A DNA stretch of 64,000 nucleotides from an uncultured delta proteobacterium (lineage in GTDB: Bacteria > Myxococcota_A > Polyangia > Polyangiales > Houyiibacteriaceae): NCBI GenBank assembly GCA_963699755.1, contig CAVOVB010000003.1, forward strand, positions 160,001 through 224,000, given 5' to 3'. The notes below the pieces were generated by a model. The model was not told the origin of the DNA. It worked only from the letters and a program-made list of their open reading frames with translations, and searched no databases. Numbering within the stretch: the first letter of the stretch is position 1; each line of letters opens with the position of its first letter. The position numbers and the translations under genes were made by a program. Of the stretch, positions 52,223-62,013 are shown piece after piece.

Positions 52223-52636
52223 ATGGATTCCAAGCTCATCTTCTGGCCCGTAGTCGTGCAGATCCTGCTGACAGCATACCTGTACATTCGCCTCAAGAAT
52301 GTGAAGACTGAGGCCGTCAAAGTAGGGGGCGTCGACCGACAGAAGGCCGCGCTCGACCCGGATGCTTGGCCCGACTCCGTAAAGAAGGTCAACAACAACA
52401 TCCGCAATCAGTTTGAAGTCCCCGTTCTCTTTTACGTGCTGACCATCGTCCTTTACGTTTTGGGCGCGGTGAACCCGGTCACACTCGGCTTGGCCTGCTT
52501 GTTCGTCCTGAGCCGTCTCGTTCACGCTTACATTCACACAGGATCCAACATCGTGAAGTACCGTCTCAGGGCGTTCACGGTCGGGCTGTTGGCAGTGCTC
52601 GGCATGCTCGGGGCGACGATTTACGCGCTGGTGTAG
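52223..52636 (+). CDS. MAPEG family membrane protein
   Basis: NNIRNQFEVPVLFY, FVLSRLVHAYIH; hydrophobic helices. Confidence 0.82.
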   Translation: MDSKLIFWPVVVQILLTAYLYIRLKNVKTEAVKVGGVDRQKAALDPDAWPDSVKKVNNNIRNQFEVPVLFYVLTIVLYVLGAVNPVTLGLACLFVLSRLVHAYIHTGSNIVKYRLRAFTVGLLAVLGMLGATIYALV

Positions 52637-52641
52637 CGGCG

Positions 52642-55245
52642 ATGCACGAGCGAATTCATCGGAAGGACTATCGCCCATCGGCGTTCCTGGTCGATACGAT
52701 CGATCTTTGTTTCGAGCTCGACCCGGCCGAGACGATTGTTCGAGCGAAGATGCGGCTTCGGAGCAATCCGAACGCGCAGCTGGCCGGCGAGGGCCTGCTC
52801 CTCCACGGTGACGAGCTGGAGCTCCGCTCGCTGCGGCTCGATGGGGTGCCCCTCGACCCCAGCAGCTTCGAAGTCGATCCTCGGAGCCTACGCATCGACA
52901 ATGTCCCCGAGCGCTTCGAGCTCGAAACCGAGGTTGCGATTCACCCGGCGGCGAACACGAAGCTCATGGGTCTGTACACATCGAGCGGAGCGTTTTGTAC
53001 GCAGTGCGAGGCGGAGGGTTTTCGCCGCATCACCTATTACGTGGATAGGCCCGACGTGATGGCCCGGTTCACCGCCCGCATCGAAGCGGACCGGGCGGCG
53101 TATCCCATCCTGCTTTCGAACGGGAACCGGGTCGGGCAGGGTGAGCTCTCGAACGGCCGCCACTTCGTTCAATGGCAGGACCCCTTCCCGAAGCCCAGCT
53201 ATCTTTTCGCCCTGGTGGCAGGGGATCTGCACTGTCATCGCGGTTCGTTCACGACCGCATCGGGACGAGAGGTCGCGCTCGAGATCTGGGTAGAGCCGGC
53301 AAATGCCGACAAGTGCGAGCACGCGCTCCGTTCGCTTCAGGCGGCAATGAAGTGGGACGAGGACCGGTACGGCCTCGAGTACGACCTCGACCTCTACATG
53401 ATCGTCGCGGTGGACGACTTCAACATGGGCGCCATGGAGAACAAGGGCCTCAACATCTTCAACTCGAAGTTCGTGTTGGCCAAGCCATCGACCGCGACCG
53501 ATGACGACTACGAAGGGATCGAAAGCGTCGTTGCGCACGAGTACTTCCACAATTGGACTGGCAATCGGGTGACCTGCCGGGACTGGTTCCAGCTCACCCT
53601 CAAGGAAGGGCTCACCGTCTTTCGTGACCAGGAGTTCTCGGCGGATATGACCTCGCAGCCGGTGCAACGCATCAAGGATGTGACCCGGCTCCGGACAGCT
53701 CAGTTTGCGGAGGACGCCGGCCCGCTCGCCCACCCGATCCGTCCGGAGTCCTACGTCGAGATGAGCAACTTCTACACCGCCACGGTGTACGAAAAGGGTG
53801 CGGAGGTGGTGCGCCTCTACCAAACGCTTCTCGGGAGGGAAGGGTTTCGAAAGGGCCTTCGACACTATCTCGAAACACACGACGGCTCTGCGGTGACCTG
53901 TGATGATTTTCGCCAGGCGATGGCCGAGGCGAACGGCGCGGACTTGAGCCAGCTCGAGCGCTGGTATTCGCAGGCAGGCACCCCCGTCGTTCGAGCGAGC
54001 GGCGTCTGGAAGGAGTCAGCGGGCGCCTATGAGCTCACCCTAGCGCAGTCGCAGCGCGTCTTTGCGGACGAAGGCGAGCCCCGGCCATTGCCGATTCCGA
54101 TACGCGTCGGCTTGCTGGGTGCGGCCGGAGACGACCTCCCCGGCACGGCGCGCATCCTCGAGCTCCGCGAGGAAGAGCAGACCTTCCGCTTCGAGAACGT
54201 GCGCGAGCGACCTGTTCCCTCCATCGCTCGCGGCTTCTCGGCGCCGATCAAGGTCGAAACCGACCAGAGCCTCGAGGAGCTCTCCTTCCTGATGGCGCAC
54301 GACTCCGATCCGTTCAACCGCTGGGAAGCGGGCCAGACCTTGGCCAAGCGCGTTCTGCTCGGCTTGGTGGAGCGAGTCCTCGACGAGCAGGCGCTCGAGC
54401 TCGACGATTTGCTCGTCGCTGCGTTTCGAAAGGTCTTGTCCGACACGAGCCTCGATGGCTCGATCAAGGCGCTGACGCTGACGCTTCCTTCCGAAGAGTT
54501 GCTGTCCCAGGAGTTGAGCCGCGTCGATCCGGATGCCGTTCATCGCGCGCGCCGGTTCGTGGTCCAGCAGCTCGGCGCTGCGCTTCGCCAGGAATGGCTG
54601 AGCACATACCTGCAGAACGCACGAGGGAGTGACGCGATCGACAAAGCGCAGATCGATCGCCGCCGGATCAAGAATCGCGCCCTGCGCTACCTCGTTGCGC
54701 TCGAAGAGCCCGAGACGATGACCCTCGCCGTCGAGCAGTTCGAAGCCGCGACGGGCATGACCGACTACGAGGCCGCGTTCGTCTGCCTCCTCGGCCTCGA
54801 CTCAGCCGAGACGAGCCGCGCCACCGCAGAGTTTTACGAACGATGGCGCGGCGAGCCGCTGGTCTTGGACAAGTGGTTCCGGATGCAGGCGATGTCGAGC
54901 TCCCCCGCTACGTTCGACCGAGTCCGTGCGCTGTCCAAGCATCCCGACTTCAACATGGCAAATCCAAACCGCGCCCGCTCCTTGCTCCACGCATTTGCGA
55001 CGGGTAACCCGGTGGCGTTCCATAGGGCTGATGGCCAAGCGTACCGGTTCATCGCCGACAAAGTCATCGAGCTCGACGGGATCAATCCCCAAGTCGCTTC
55101 CCGCATCGTGTCGAGCTTCAACCAGTGGCGACGCTACGAGCCTGGTCGGAGCGGCTTGATGAAAGCCGAGCTCGAACGCATTGCGGGGCAGCCCGGAATC
55201 TCCGACGATGTCTCGGAGATCGTCGAACGCGCCTTGGAGAGATAG
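52642..55245 (+). CDS. pepN: Aminopeptidase N (M1 family)
   Basis: TQCEAEGFRRIT, GAMENKGLN, HEYFHNWTGNRVTCRDWFQLTLKEG, NFYTATVYEKGAE, NPNRARSL. Confidence 0.96.
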   Translation: MHERIHRKDYRPSAFLVDTIDLCFELDPAETIVRAKMRLRSNPNAQLAGEGLLLHGDELELRSLRLDGVPLDPSSFEVDPRSLRIDNVPERFELETEVAIHPAANTKLMGLYTSSGAFCTQCEAEGFRRITYYVDRPDVMARFTARIEADRAAYPILLSNGNRVGQGELSNGRHFVQWQDPFPKPSYLFALVAGDLHCHRGSFTTASGREVALEIWVEPANADKCEHALRSLQAAMKWDEDRYGLEYDLDLYMIVAVDDFNMGAMENKGLNIFNSKFVLAKPSTATDDDYEGIESVVAHEYFHNWTGNRVTCRDWFQLTLKEGLTVFRDQEFSADMTSQPVQRIKDVTRLRTAQFAEDAGPLAHPIRPESYVEMSNFYTATVYEKGAEVVRLYQTLLGREGFRKGLRHYLETHDGSAVTCDDFRQAMAEANGADLSQLERWYSQAGTPVVRASGVWKESAGAYELTLAQSQRVFADEGEPRPLPIPIRVGLLGAAGDDLPGTARILELREEEQTFRFENVRERPVPSIARGFSAPIKVETDQSLEELSFLMAHDSDPFNRWEAGQTLAKRVLLGLVERVLDEQALELDDLLVAAFRKVLSDTSLDGSIKALTLTLPSEELLSQELSRVDPDAVHRARRFVVQQLGAALRQEWLSTYLQNARGSDAIDKAQIDRRRIKNRALRYLVALEEPETMTLAVEQFEAATGMTDYEAAFVCLLGLDSAETSRATAEFYERWRGEPLVLDKWFRMQAMSSSPATFDRVRALSKHPDFNMANPNRARSLLHAFATGNPVAFHRADGQAYRFIADKVIELDGINPQVASRIVSSFNQWRRYEPGRSGLMKAELERIAGQPGISDDVSEIVERALER

Positions 55246-55250
55246 CGAGC

Positions 55251-57179
55251 ATGTCGTCCGATTCCATGATTGTGACCGTGGCCAACCGGCTGGCCAAGCA
55301 TCCTCCTTTCGACCGACTCGAGCGCGAGCTCCTCGAGCGAATCGCGAAGGGAGTTCGAATTCGATACTTGGAACCCGGCGAAATCGTCTTCCAGCAGGGC
55401 GGCACGGCGAGCCCCGAATTTTACGTCGTGGTGAAAGGCGAAGTCCAGGTGAGTCAGCTGGTCAACGGCGAGGAGGTCCTGGTCGATGTCTGCGACGATG
55501 GCGACATCTTCGGGGTTCGTGCGCTGCTCGGAGATCGACAGTACGGCGCCACGACGCAGGCCAAGGACGACACCCTCGTCTATGTGCTCTCGAAGGACCA
55601 ACTCGATCAGCTCCTGGCCGAGGCTCCCCGGGTCGCGTTGTTCTTTGCCGCCAACTTCGCAGCCGACGTGCCGCAGCTCGGAGATACGAACCGCCTAGTG
55701 GCGGTGCGGGCTGCCAGACGACACGAGCGGGCCGCAGAGACAGGGGACGACGTGCGTCGCGTGGACCCGGTGCGAGACGTTCTGACATGCGATGCCAAGA
55801 CGACGATCCGCGATGCCGCTTCGATGATGAGCGAACGCAATGTCGGCTCGATTCTGATCGTCGACGAGGGCCGGCTGCCGCTTGGCATCGTGACCGATTC
55901 CGACCTTCGGTCGAAGGTCGTCGGTCAGGGACGAGACGTTTCGGATCTCATCTCCGAAATCATGAGCGCACCGGTGCTCACGGTCGACGAGCAGACCACT
56001 TTGTCGATGCTCATCGCGACCGTCATGAAAAAGCACCTTCACCATTTTGCCGTGACCGAGGACGGCACTCCTCAAACCCCGGTCATCGGCATCGTCTCCG
56101 AACACGACATCCTCAAGACGCAGGGCAGTCATCCCACGGTGATTCTCAGCGAAATCTCGCGGGCCAAGACCAAGGAGCGACTGAGGGCGCTCCGCGACCA
56201 AGCCGAGGAGCTCCTGCGCCAATACCTCCAAGACGAGGTCGGGATGGGGTTTCTCTCCAACATGATTTCGGAGATCAACGACACGCTGATCCGGCAGGCG
56301 ATTCGATTGTCGCTCCAAGAGCTTGCCGGTCGAGGCATGGAGCCCCCGGTGCCGTTTTGCTGGCTGGCACTCGGCAGTGAAGGGCGGGAAGAGCAGCTTC
56401 TGCGGACCGATCAGGACAACGCCATTCTGTACGCCGACCCTGGTGAAGACGAAGGGGTCGCGGAGCGCTTCTTTCTAGAGCTCGGTCAGCTGGTGGTCGA
56501 CATTCTCGTAGAAGCGGGTTTCAAGCGTTGCCCGGGCGACATCATGGCCAGCAACCCCAAGTGGAATCAGCCTCTTGCTTCGTGGAAGCGCTGCTTCTCG
56601 GGCTGGATTCACGAGCCGGAGCAGATCGCGGTCATGCACACCAACATCTTTTTCGACTTTCGCCCCGTGTACGGGGAGCAGTCCCTCGCGGCCGAGCTCA
56701 AGGGTCATATCTTCGAAAGCATCAAGGTCGACCGATCGTTTTTGTCGTTCTTTGCGTTGAATGCCACCCGTAATCCGCCGCCGCTAAGCTTCTTTCGCAA
56801 CATGATCGTCGAGCGCAGTGGCGAGCATCGCGACGCGTTCGACATCAAGGCCCGTGCGATGATGCCGCTCGCGGACGCAGCCCGGGTCCTCATCTACGAT
56901 CTCGGCATCGACATCTATGGCAGCACCGCGGAGCGCTGGCAGCGGATTGGGGAGACCCACGAGAATTTGGCGCGCCTCGCGAGTGAAGCAGGAATGGCTT
57001 ACGAGATTCTGATGCGAATTCGGGCTCTCGAAGGACTCAGTCGGGGCACCTCGGGCCGGTACGTACACATCAACGAGCTCAACAAGCTCGAGCGCCAAAC
57101 GCTTCGGAATACATTTTCGGTTGTCAAAGACGTGCAGTTGATGTTGACGTCGCGATACCGAACCGATTTCATTCGCTGA
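55251..57179 (+). CDS. cNMP-binding + CBS-pair + DUF294 (GlnD/GlnE-like) nucleotidyltransferase
   Basis: N-terminal cNMP domain; CBS pair (GIVTDSDLR, GIVSEHDI); LGSEGREEQLLRTDQDNAI; CPGDIMASNPKW; IFFDFR; FDIKARA. Confidence 0.88.
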   Translation: MSSDSMIVTVANRLAKHPPFDRLERELLERIAKGVRIRYLEPGEIVFQQGGTASPEFYVVVKGEVQVSQLVNGEEVLVDVCDDGDIFGVRALLGDRQYGATTQAKDDTLVYVLSKDQLDQLLAEAPRVALFFAANFAADVPQLGDTNRLVAVRAARRHERAAETGDDVRRVDPVRDVLTCDAKTTIRDAASMMSERNVGSILIVDEGRLPLGIVTDSDLRSKVVGQGRDVSDLISEIMSAPVLTVDEQTTLSMLIATVMKKHLHHFAVTEDGTPQTPVIGIVSEHDILKTQGSHPTVILSEISRAKTKERLRALRDQAEELLRQYLQDEVGMGFLSNMISEINDTLIRQAIRLSLQELAGRGMEPPVPFCWLALGSEGREEQLLRTDQDNAILYADPGEDEGVAERFFLELGQLVVDILVEAGFKRCPGDIMASNPKWNQPLASWKRCFSGWIHEPEQIAVMHTNIFFDFRPVYGEQSLAAELKGHIFESIKVDRSFLSFFALNATRNPPPLSFFRNMIVERSGEHRDAFDIKARAMMPLADAARVLIYDLGIDIYGSTAERWQRIGETHENLARLASEAGMAYEILMRIRALEGLSRGTSGRYVHINELNKLERQTLRNTFSVVKDVQLMLTSRYRTDFIR

Positions 57180-57180
57180 G

Positions 57181-57903
57181 GTGCGCGTGCTTCCGAGCTT
57201 CCTCAAGAACCTGCTCCGCGCCGGCTTGGTTCCCGCCGGCTCCAAGTCCTGGCCCGAGGCCTTGCGGGACTACATGGCCCGCAAGAGCCGGCCTGTGAAA
57301 AGCACGCCAATTGAGGAAATACGTTTCGTCGTGTTCGACAGCGAGACGTCCGGTCTCGATCTACAGAAGAACCGCCTCCTTTCCATCGCGGGCGTAGCGA
57401 TGACCGGCACCGAAGTGCGGCTCGACGATACGTTCGAAGTCATGGTCGCCCAGACGGACGTTGGGGGAGCGGAAGCCGCCGTGATTCACGGCCTGATTTC
57501 CAAAGACCTCGCGGACGGGCTTCCCGAAGATGAAGCGGCGGCCAGATTCTTGGCCTTTGCGGGCGACGCCGTGCTCGTCGCGCATCATGCAGCGTTCGAC
57601 CTGCGCATGCTCCGGAAGGCTATCGCGTCGCACCGCGGCGCGAAGGTCTGGAACCCGTTCATCGACACGGCGCAGCTCGCCAAGCGCGTCGAGGTCGGTC
57701 CGATGAGCTCGGACGAAGCGGGGGGAGCCGACCAGCGGAGCGAATATCAACTCGACAGCCTGGTGAAGCGCTACGGCATCGAAGTCTCGGAGCGGCACAC
57801 CGCTGCTGGCGATGCGCTCGCCACGGCGCTCTTGTTTCAGCGACTCCTCAAAAAGGCCGAGCGCCGCGGGATCCACACGCTCGGTGAGCTCCTCGCGCGC
57901 TGA
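57181..57903 (+). CDS. DEDDh 3'-5' exonuclease (DNA polymerase III epsilon-like)
   Basis: FDSETSG (ExoI), AHHAAFD (ExoII), RHTAAGDA (ExoIII); starts 1 nt after the DUF294 gene. Confidence 0.88.
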   Translation: MRVLPSFLKNLLRAGLVPAGSKSWPEALRDYMARKSRPVKSTPIEEIRFVVFDSETSGLDLQKNRLLSIAGVAMTGTEVRLDDTFEVMVAQTDVGGAEAAVIHGLISKDLADGLPEDEAAARFLAFAGDAVLVAHHAAFDLRMLRKAIASHRGAKVWNPFIDTAQLAKRVEVGPMSSDEAGGADQRSEYQLDSLVKRYGIEVSERHTAAGDALATALLFQRLLKKAERRGIHTLGELLAR

Positions 57904-58025
57904 GTGACCCGAGCGCCACAGTCTGTGCCAATCCGGCACCCCGGCCATGGCGACTACGTGAAATTCGGCGCGTTTAGGGGAGCTGAGGATTGGTCCGCTT
58001 CTTGCTCGGTCCGGCGGAGCCCGAG

Positions 58026-58838
58026 ATGAGCATTCGGTTCGCAACTACGGTTCTTGCTTGCTCCCTGCTCATGGGATGCGGGGACGGCCCCGGACTGGAC
58101 CCGCCGAGGCCGACGGACGACGTCGAATGGGTGGTCCGGATCAATTTCTCGGGTCAGCATTTGTGCACCGGACTGGTGCTGAGCGAGCATTGGTTGCTCA
58201 CGGCCGGTCACTGCGTGCAAGAAGCCCCGGACGAACAGGTGGAGGTGAGTCACGAGGTCTTCGGCGAGCGGAGGGTCGTCTATGAAGGAGGGGCATGGCT
58301 CATCACGCACCCCAGCTACGAAGACGTGGGTCACCTGTCCCATCGTTGGCATGACATTGGTCTGGTAGGTTTGCGTGATGGCACGCTCGATCCGAGCGAG
58401 AGGGCGCGCCTCGGTGGGCTGCGCTGCTCACTCACGGCCTTTTCCGATGAAGTGCATTTGCTCTATGCCGTCGGCTATGGGCGATTGCCGGACGCGGACA
58501 CTGGGGCCTGCTCCGATCGGCTCGGAGCCAAAAAGCGCTACGATGGTTTCATCGTCCGCGGATTACTCGGTCCGCCTCTTGAGAGCTCCTATGCAATCGA
58601 GCTCGAAGGCCGCGTAGGCGCGCTCTGCGACGGGGACTCTGGCGGGCCGCTCCTCTTCGACGTGAATGGCATTCCCCACGCGTTCGCGACCTTTAGCGGA
58701 GAGCGACTCAGAGAAGGGATCTACTACGGCACTCTCATCGGACCGAAGATCAACTGGCTCGAATCGGCTACCGCATCGACTCATGCACCCCTTCAATGCC
58801 TGGATCTCGGCGCCGACGCCTGGGAATGTTACGAGTGA
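58026..58838 (+). CDS. Trypsin-like (S1) serine protease, lipoprotein
   Basis: Lipobox LLMGC; catalytic triad LTAGHC, HDIGLV, CDGDSGGPL. Confidence 0.85.
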   Translation: MSIRFATTVLACSLLMGCGDGPGLDPPRPTDDVEWVVRINFSGQHLCTGLVLSEHWLLTAGHCVQEAPDEQVEVSHEVFGERRVVYEGGAWLITHPSYEDVGHLSHRWHDIGLVGLRDGTLDPSERARLGGLRCSLTAFSDEVHLLYAVGYGRLPDADTGACSDRLGAKKRYDGFIVRGLLGPPLESSYAIELEGRVGALCDGDSGGPLLFDVNGIPHAFATFSGERLREGIYYGTLIGPKINWLESATASTHAPLQCLDLGADAWECYE

Positions 58839-59066
58839 CGGCGGGCAGACTCAGGCGGGCGACGCGTTGCGCTCGAGCTCCACGCGGCGAGTGCTTCCTC
58901 GGTCGGGGCGCCCTGGTCGATTTCTGTGCATGGGGGCGTTTCGCGGTCCCGGGCGAGCCGAAGGCTGGTATCGACCGTTCCAAGTGGCTTCGGGTTCGGT
59001 GAGAAGTACCGCACCCGGCGGAGCTCTGCTAGCCTGCGCCCCACTCAAACTGGAGGGAAACGGAAA

Positions 59067-59306
59067 ATGAGCTCAATTCTCAGATACTTGATCATCGCAA
59101 CGGCAATGCTTGCGCTCAGCCTCTCGGCAGCGTGTAAGGACGACGCGAGCCCGGCAGCGCAGGAAGTCACTTCGGGCGCAGAGGCCGGAGCGAAGGCCGG
59201 GGTCCAGGAAGGCGTTCAAAGCGGCATGGAGGGCGGCGCCAAGGAGGGTGCCAAAGAAGGGGGCAAGGCGGCCGGGACGAGCGCTGCATCCGAAGTCGTG
59301 AACTAA
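59067..59306 (+). CDS. Small lipoprotein with Gly-periodic low-complexity tail
   Basis: GGAGG SD; lipobox SAAC; GAEAGAKAGVQEGVQSGMEGGAKEGAKEGG. Confidence 0.65.
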   Translation: MSSILRYLIIATAMLALSLSAACKDDASPAAQEVTSGAEAGAKAGVQEGVQSGMEGGAKEGAKEGGKAAGTSAASEVVN

Positions 59307-59326
59307 ACCGACGATCGAAGTCATCC

Positions 59327-59872
59327 ATGACGGAGCGGAAGACGTCGCAAGGGCCGAGCCACGCCACAGTTGCCGCCAGTGCGCTGCTCGTGTTTGCCGT
59401 GCTGATTGGCGCTGCATACTGGCTCGGCACCGAGGGCGAACCGACGACGGCAGAGCCATCGGCCCTTGCGACTTCGACGCTTCGCGCCCTCTATGAACGA
59501 TGCGAAGGCGGCCCCAGCCACGATTTCTTCGACGGGCGGTCCCGTGCGCGCTGCAACAGCAGGACTCACCCGGCCTTCATGATGGAGGTCATCGGGGACG
59601 GCGAAGAGATCGAGCGGGCAAACATGCTGGTCCCGCTCGGCGGTACGATGAGCCAAGTGCTCGATAGAATGCTCGTGGGACTCGAGATGTTTGGCATGGT
59701 CGCTGGCGTTCGCGCCGACCTCTTCCTTCCGAAGCAATACATGGATGCCATCGGCACCAGCAAAACCAGCCTGGTCTACCAAGGGCGGGTGTATCGCACC
59801 GAACCGATTCCCAATGTGGGGCTCATGTTTTCAGTGACCCAAGAGGGCGCCGAGGCCGGCGGTACGAATTGA
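59327..59872 (+). CDS. Hypothetical membrane-anchored protein
   Basis: One N-terminal TM helix and two Cys; tight spacing with neighbours. Confidence 0.55.
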   Translation: MTERKTSQGPSHATVAASALLVFAVLIGAAYWLGTEGEPTTAEPSALATSTLRALYERCEGGPSHDFFDGRSRARCNSRTHPAFMMEVIGDGEEIERANMLVPLGGTMSQVLDRMLVGLEMFGMVAGVRADLFLPKQYMDAIGTSKTSLVYQGRVYRTEPIPNVGLMFSVTQEGAEAGGTN

Positions 59873-59910
59873 ATCGAACGAACCACCGTTCGGTGTCATG
59901 GTTCAGCCAC

Positions 59911-60576
59911 ATGACGAGGACGAAAGCGGTGTTGTTGGGATTCGCGCTTCTGCTTGCGGGTCTATTCGTGGCGGTCATCGTGAGCCCACGCGCCGAGTTC
60001 GTGTTGGGCGGCGGCTTGGTCAACCTCGGCTACCGATTTCAAGACCGGTTCGGTCATTTCGACTTCGTGCACGACGAATCGATCACGCCCGAGCAAATCT
60101 GGGAGACGGTCGAACGTCAAAACGAGCTCGCATCTGGAATGCGCGGCATCTTTCCCCGCACGCCGCGACATCCCGTGGTCGCGATCCTCGCCTGCATGGA
60201 CGGGCGAATCGACGTGAGTGAGCTGGTGGGCGACACCCGGCACTACTACTACGTCGTGCGTACCGCTGGCTCGGTTCTCTCACCGGCGGAGCAGGAAATG
60301 CTGGAGCTTGCCGTGCTCAACGGGGTGAAGGTCATCGTGCTCACGACACACACCGATTGTGCTGCTGAGGCCGCAGCGGCCGACCCCGAGATGCGAGAGA
60401 AATTCCCCGCCTTGATCTCCTTGATGGACGAGCGTGCGCAGCGGGTCGAGGAGTTTTTGGCTCGGCCAACGATTCGGAACGCCATCGACGAGGGCAGACT
60501 TCTGATCAAGCACGCTCGTATCGACACCGGCACCGATCGCCTGGTCGTCGACATCAAGCACCACGACGCCGACTGA
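59911..60576 (+). CDS. Beta-class carbonic anhydrase-like protein with N-terminal TM anchor
   Basis: ACMDGRI (CxDxR), VVRTAGS, THTDCAA (HxxC). Start is ATG 59911 or TTG 59869. Confidence 0.72.
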   Translation: MTRTKAVLLGFALLLAGLFVAVIVSPRAEFVLGGGLVNLGYRFQDRFGHFDFVHDESITPEQIWETVERQNELASGMRGIFPRTPRHPVVAILACMDGRIDVSELVGDTRHYYYVVRTAGSVLSPAEQEMLELAVLNGVKVIVLTTHTDCAAEAAAADPEMREKFPALISLMDERAQRVEEFLARPTIRNAIDEGRLLIKHARIDTGTDRLVVDIKHHDAD

Positions 60577-60628
60577 CCGTTTGGGCCGAGACGATTCCCT
60601 GGCGGTCATCTGTCGCGATGCTCGAGCC

Positions 60629-61426
60629 TCACAGGACGAAAGGAACCAACACTCGGCGTTCGCGGGGGTAGTCCGGGAATCTGTCTTTGTACCAACGATG
60701 GGTTTGGAAAGCGCGTGGTACGAGGTTGGCAATGGTGATCAAGAGGATGAAGGTCGCGCCGAGGGACCATGTAGCAATCGCGAATCCCGTGAAGGCGGTG
60801 ATCTCGGTGAGGTAGGAAGGGTTGGACACGAAGCGAAACAGCCCACCCCGCGGGATGCGGTACACTTTGTCTCCACGTTGAACCTCTTCGACGCTCCGAA
60901 GATTCCGGATGATAGTGTCCGAGTGGATGTTGAGCGCAAAGGATGCGTAATAGAGGCTGATTCCAAATAGGAAGCGCGGGGCGGCGAACCAACCAGGGGT
61001 GAACTGTGTCGAAAGGTCGCTGATGAAGACCGCATTGAGATATCCGTGGAGCGTCGTGACGAGCCATCCCATCAACACGATCGTGATGCTGAAAGAAGCG
61101 GTAGCGCCTTTTGGGCTCCGAATGAGGTACGGAAAGACGAAACCAGGGTTTCCGTAGTGCAGCAGCCAGACGAATAGGAAGAACAGCGGGACGATTTCGA
61201 ATCGATTGCGCCCCTGGAAATAGAAGAACACGAAGCTCAGCGTCGCGGGCAGCTCCATCAGAAACCAGCCGAGGCGCGGGCTCAAGTTGACGCCCCATTT
61301 GTCGGACGCGAATCGTCCATACGGGCTCTTCATGAATGCAGCGCCGATGAACACGAGGATCACCAGGCCGAAGGATAGCGTCAGGACCGTGTCGTAGGTC
61401 GGGTCTCCGGTGTACCAGGCCGTCAT
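60629..61426 (-). CDS. Steroid 5-alpha-reductase (3-oxo-5-alpha-steroid 4-dehydrogenase) family protein
   Basis: SPYGRF, GWFLMELPA, LNIHSDTIIRNLR, YRIPRGGLFRFVSNPSYLTE, NLVPRA..THRWY..F.DYP.ER..LVPF. Confidence 0.88.
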   Translation of the reverse strand: MTAWYTGDPTYDTVLTLSFGLVILVFIGAAFMKSPYGRFASDKWGVNLSPRLGWFLMELPATLSFVFFYFQGRNRFEIVPLFFLFVWLLHYGNPGFVFPYLIRSPKGATASFSITIVLMGWLVTTLHGYLNAVFISDLSTQFTPGWFAAPRFLFGISLYYASFALNIHSDTIIRNLRSVEEVQRGDKVYRIPRGGLFRFVSNPSYLTEITAFTGFAIATWSLGATFILLITIANLVPRAFQTHRWYKDRFPDYPRERRVLVPFVL

Positions 61427-61896
61427 TGGGATGATCGAGTCTCGGCTGCTCCGAGGCGTTGAGCGACCTTGGCATCCAGCTGCAGCTGTGCCCATTCGAG
61501 CGCGTCGGTGCGTTTGGCGAATGCCTGGTGCGGGAACTTCGGAGGGCTGATCCAAAACACCGCGGTGACCAAACCGCGAAGCCAGGCACGCGGCACGATG
61601 AGGGCAGAGCCGCCGTTCCACCGCACGTCGTGTCCCTCGAATCGTCTGAGGTGCTCGGCAAACATCTTGCGTTGCATCGCGCTCGTCGTCCTCAGGTTGG
61701 AGAGGTCGACCACCCAAGCCACAGGGTACTGCGCCTCCGCCGCCCAGTTCTCGCGTGCTCGAATGAACGCCGTCAAGACCTCATTGCTCGCCTCCGCCGG
61801 AAACGTCCACTCGTAAATCGGCACGTGTTTGTGCGAAACCCAGGGGTGATCGATTTCGACGTATGACGATCGAGATTCTGGGGCAGCATCAGCCAT
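61423..61896 (-). CDS. Hypothetical protein, STAS/SEC14 (SpoIIAA-like)
   Basis: WVVDLS...QRK..AE, ALIVP..WLRGLVTAVFW..PP.FP...F....ALEWA; ATGA overlap with the 5-alpha-reductase gene. Confidence 0.55.
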   Translation of the reverse strand: MADAAPESRSSYVEIDHPWVSHKHVPIYEWTFPAEASNEVLTAFIRARENWAAEAQYPVAWVVDLSNLRTTSAMQRKMFAEHLRRFEGHDVRWNGGSALIVPRAWLRGLVTAVFWISPPKFPHQAFAKRTDALEWAQLQLDAKVAQRLGAAETRSSQ

Positions 61897-62013
61897 GAGC
61901 TTGCGCCGATGATAGATCCAAAGAGCGGGTTTGTGAGCGGCATCTGGTGGAACTTTCCATTCTTGACTGAACGGACACTAGCCAGGGACACCCATCGATG
62001 CAAGAAGGGTCCC

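Noticed and set aside
55251..57903. Nucleotidyltransferase + nuclease as a CBASS-like or toxin-antitoxin defence system
   Set aside because: The cNMP-CBS-DUF294 architecture is GlnD-like and regulatory; there are no CD-NTase, Cap effector or HEPN motifs.
58839..59066. GC-rich intergenic stretch as a possible riboswitch or ncRNA (also 6353-6523 and 28950-29120)
   Set aside because: No recognisable conserved RNA motif or convincing terminator by eye; an Infernal/Rfam search would be needed.
59170..59280. Short quasi-repeats as a possible CRISPR or tandem repeat
   Set aside because: They are degenerate 12-nt periodicity from the Gly-x-x-x peptide repeat in a coding lipoprotein, with no repeat-spacer structure and no cas genes.
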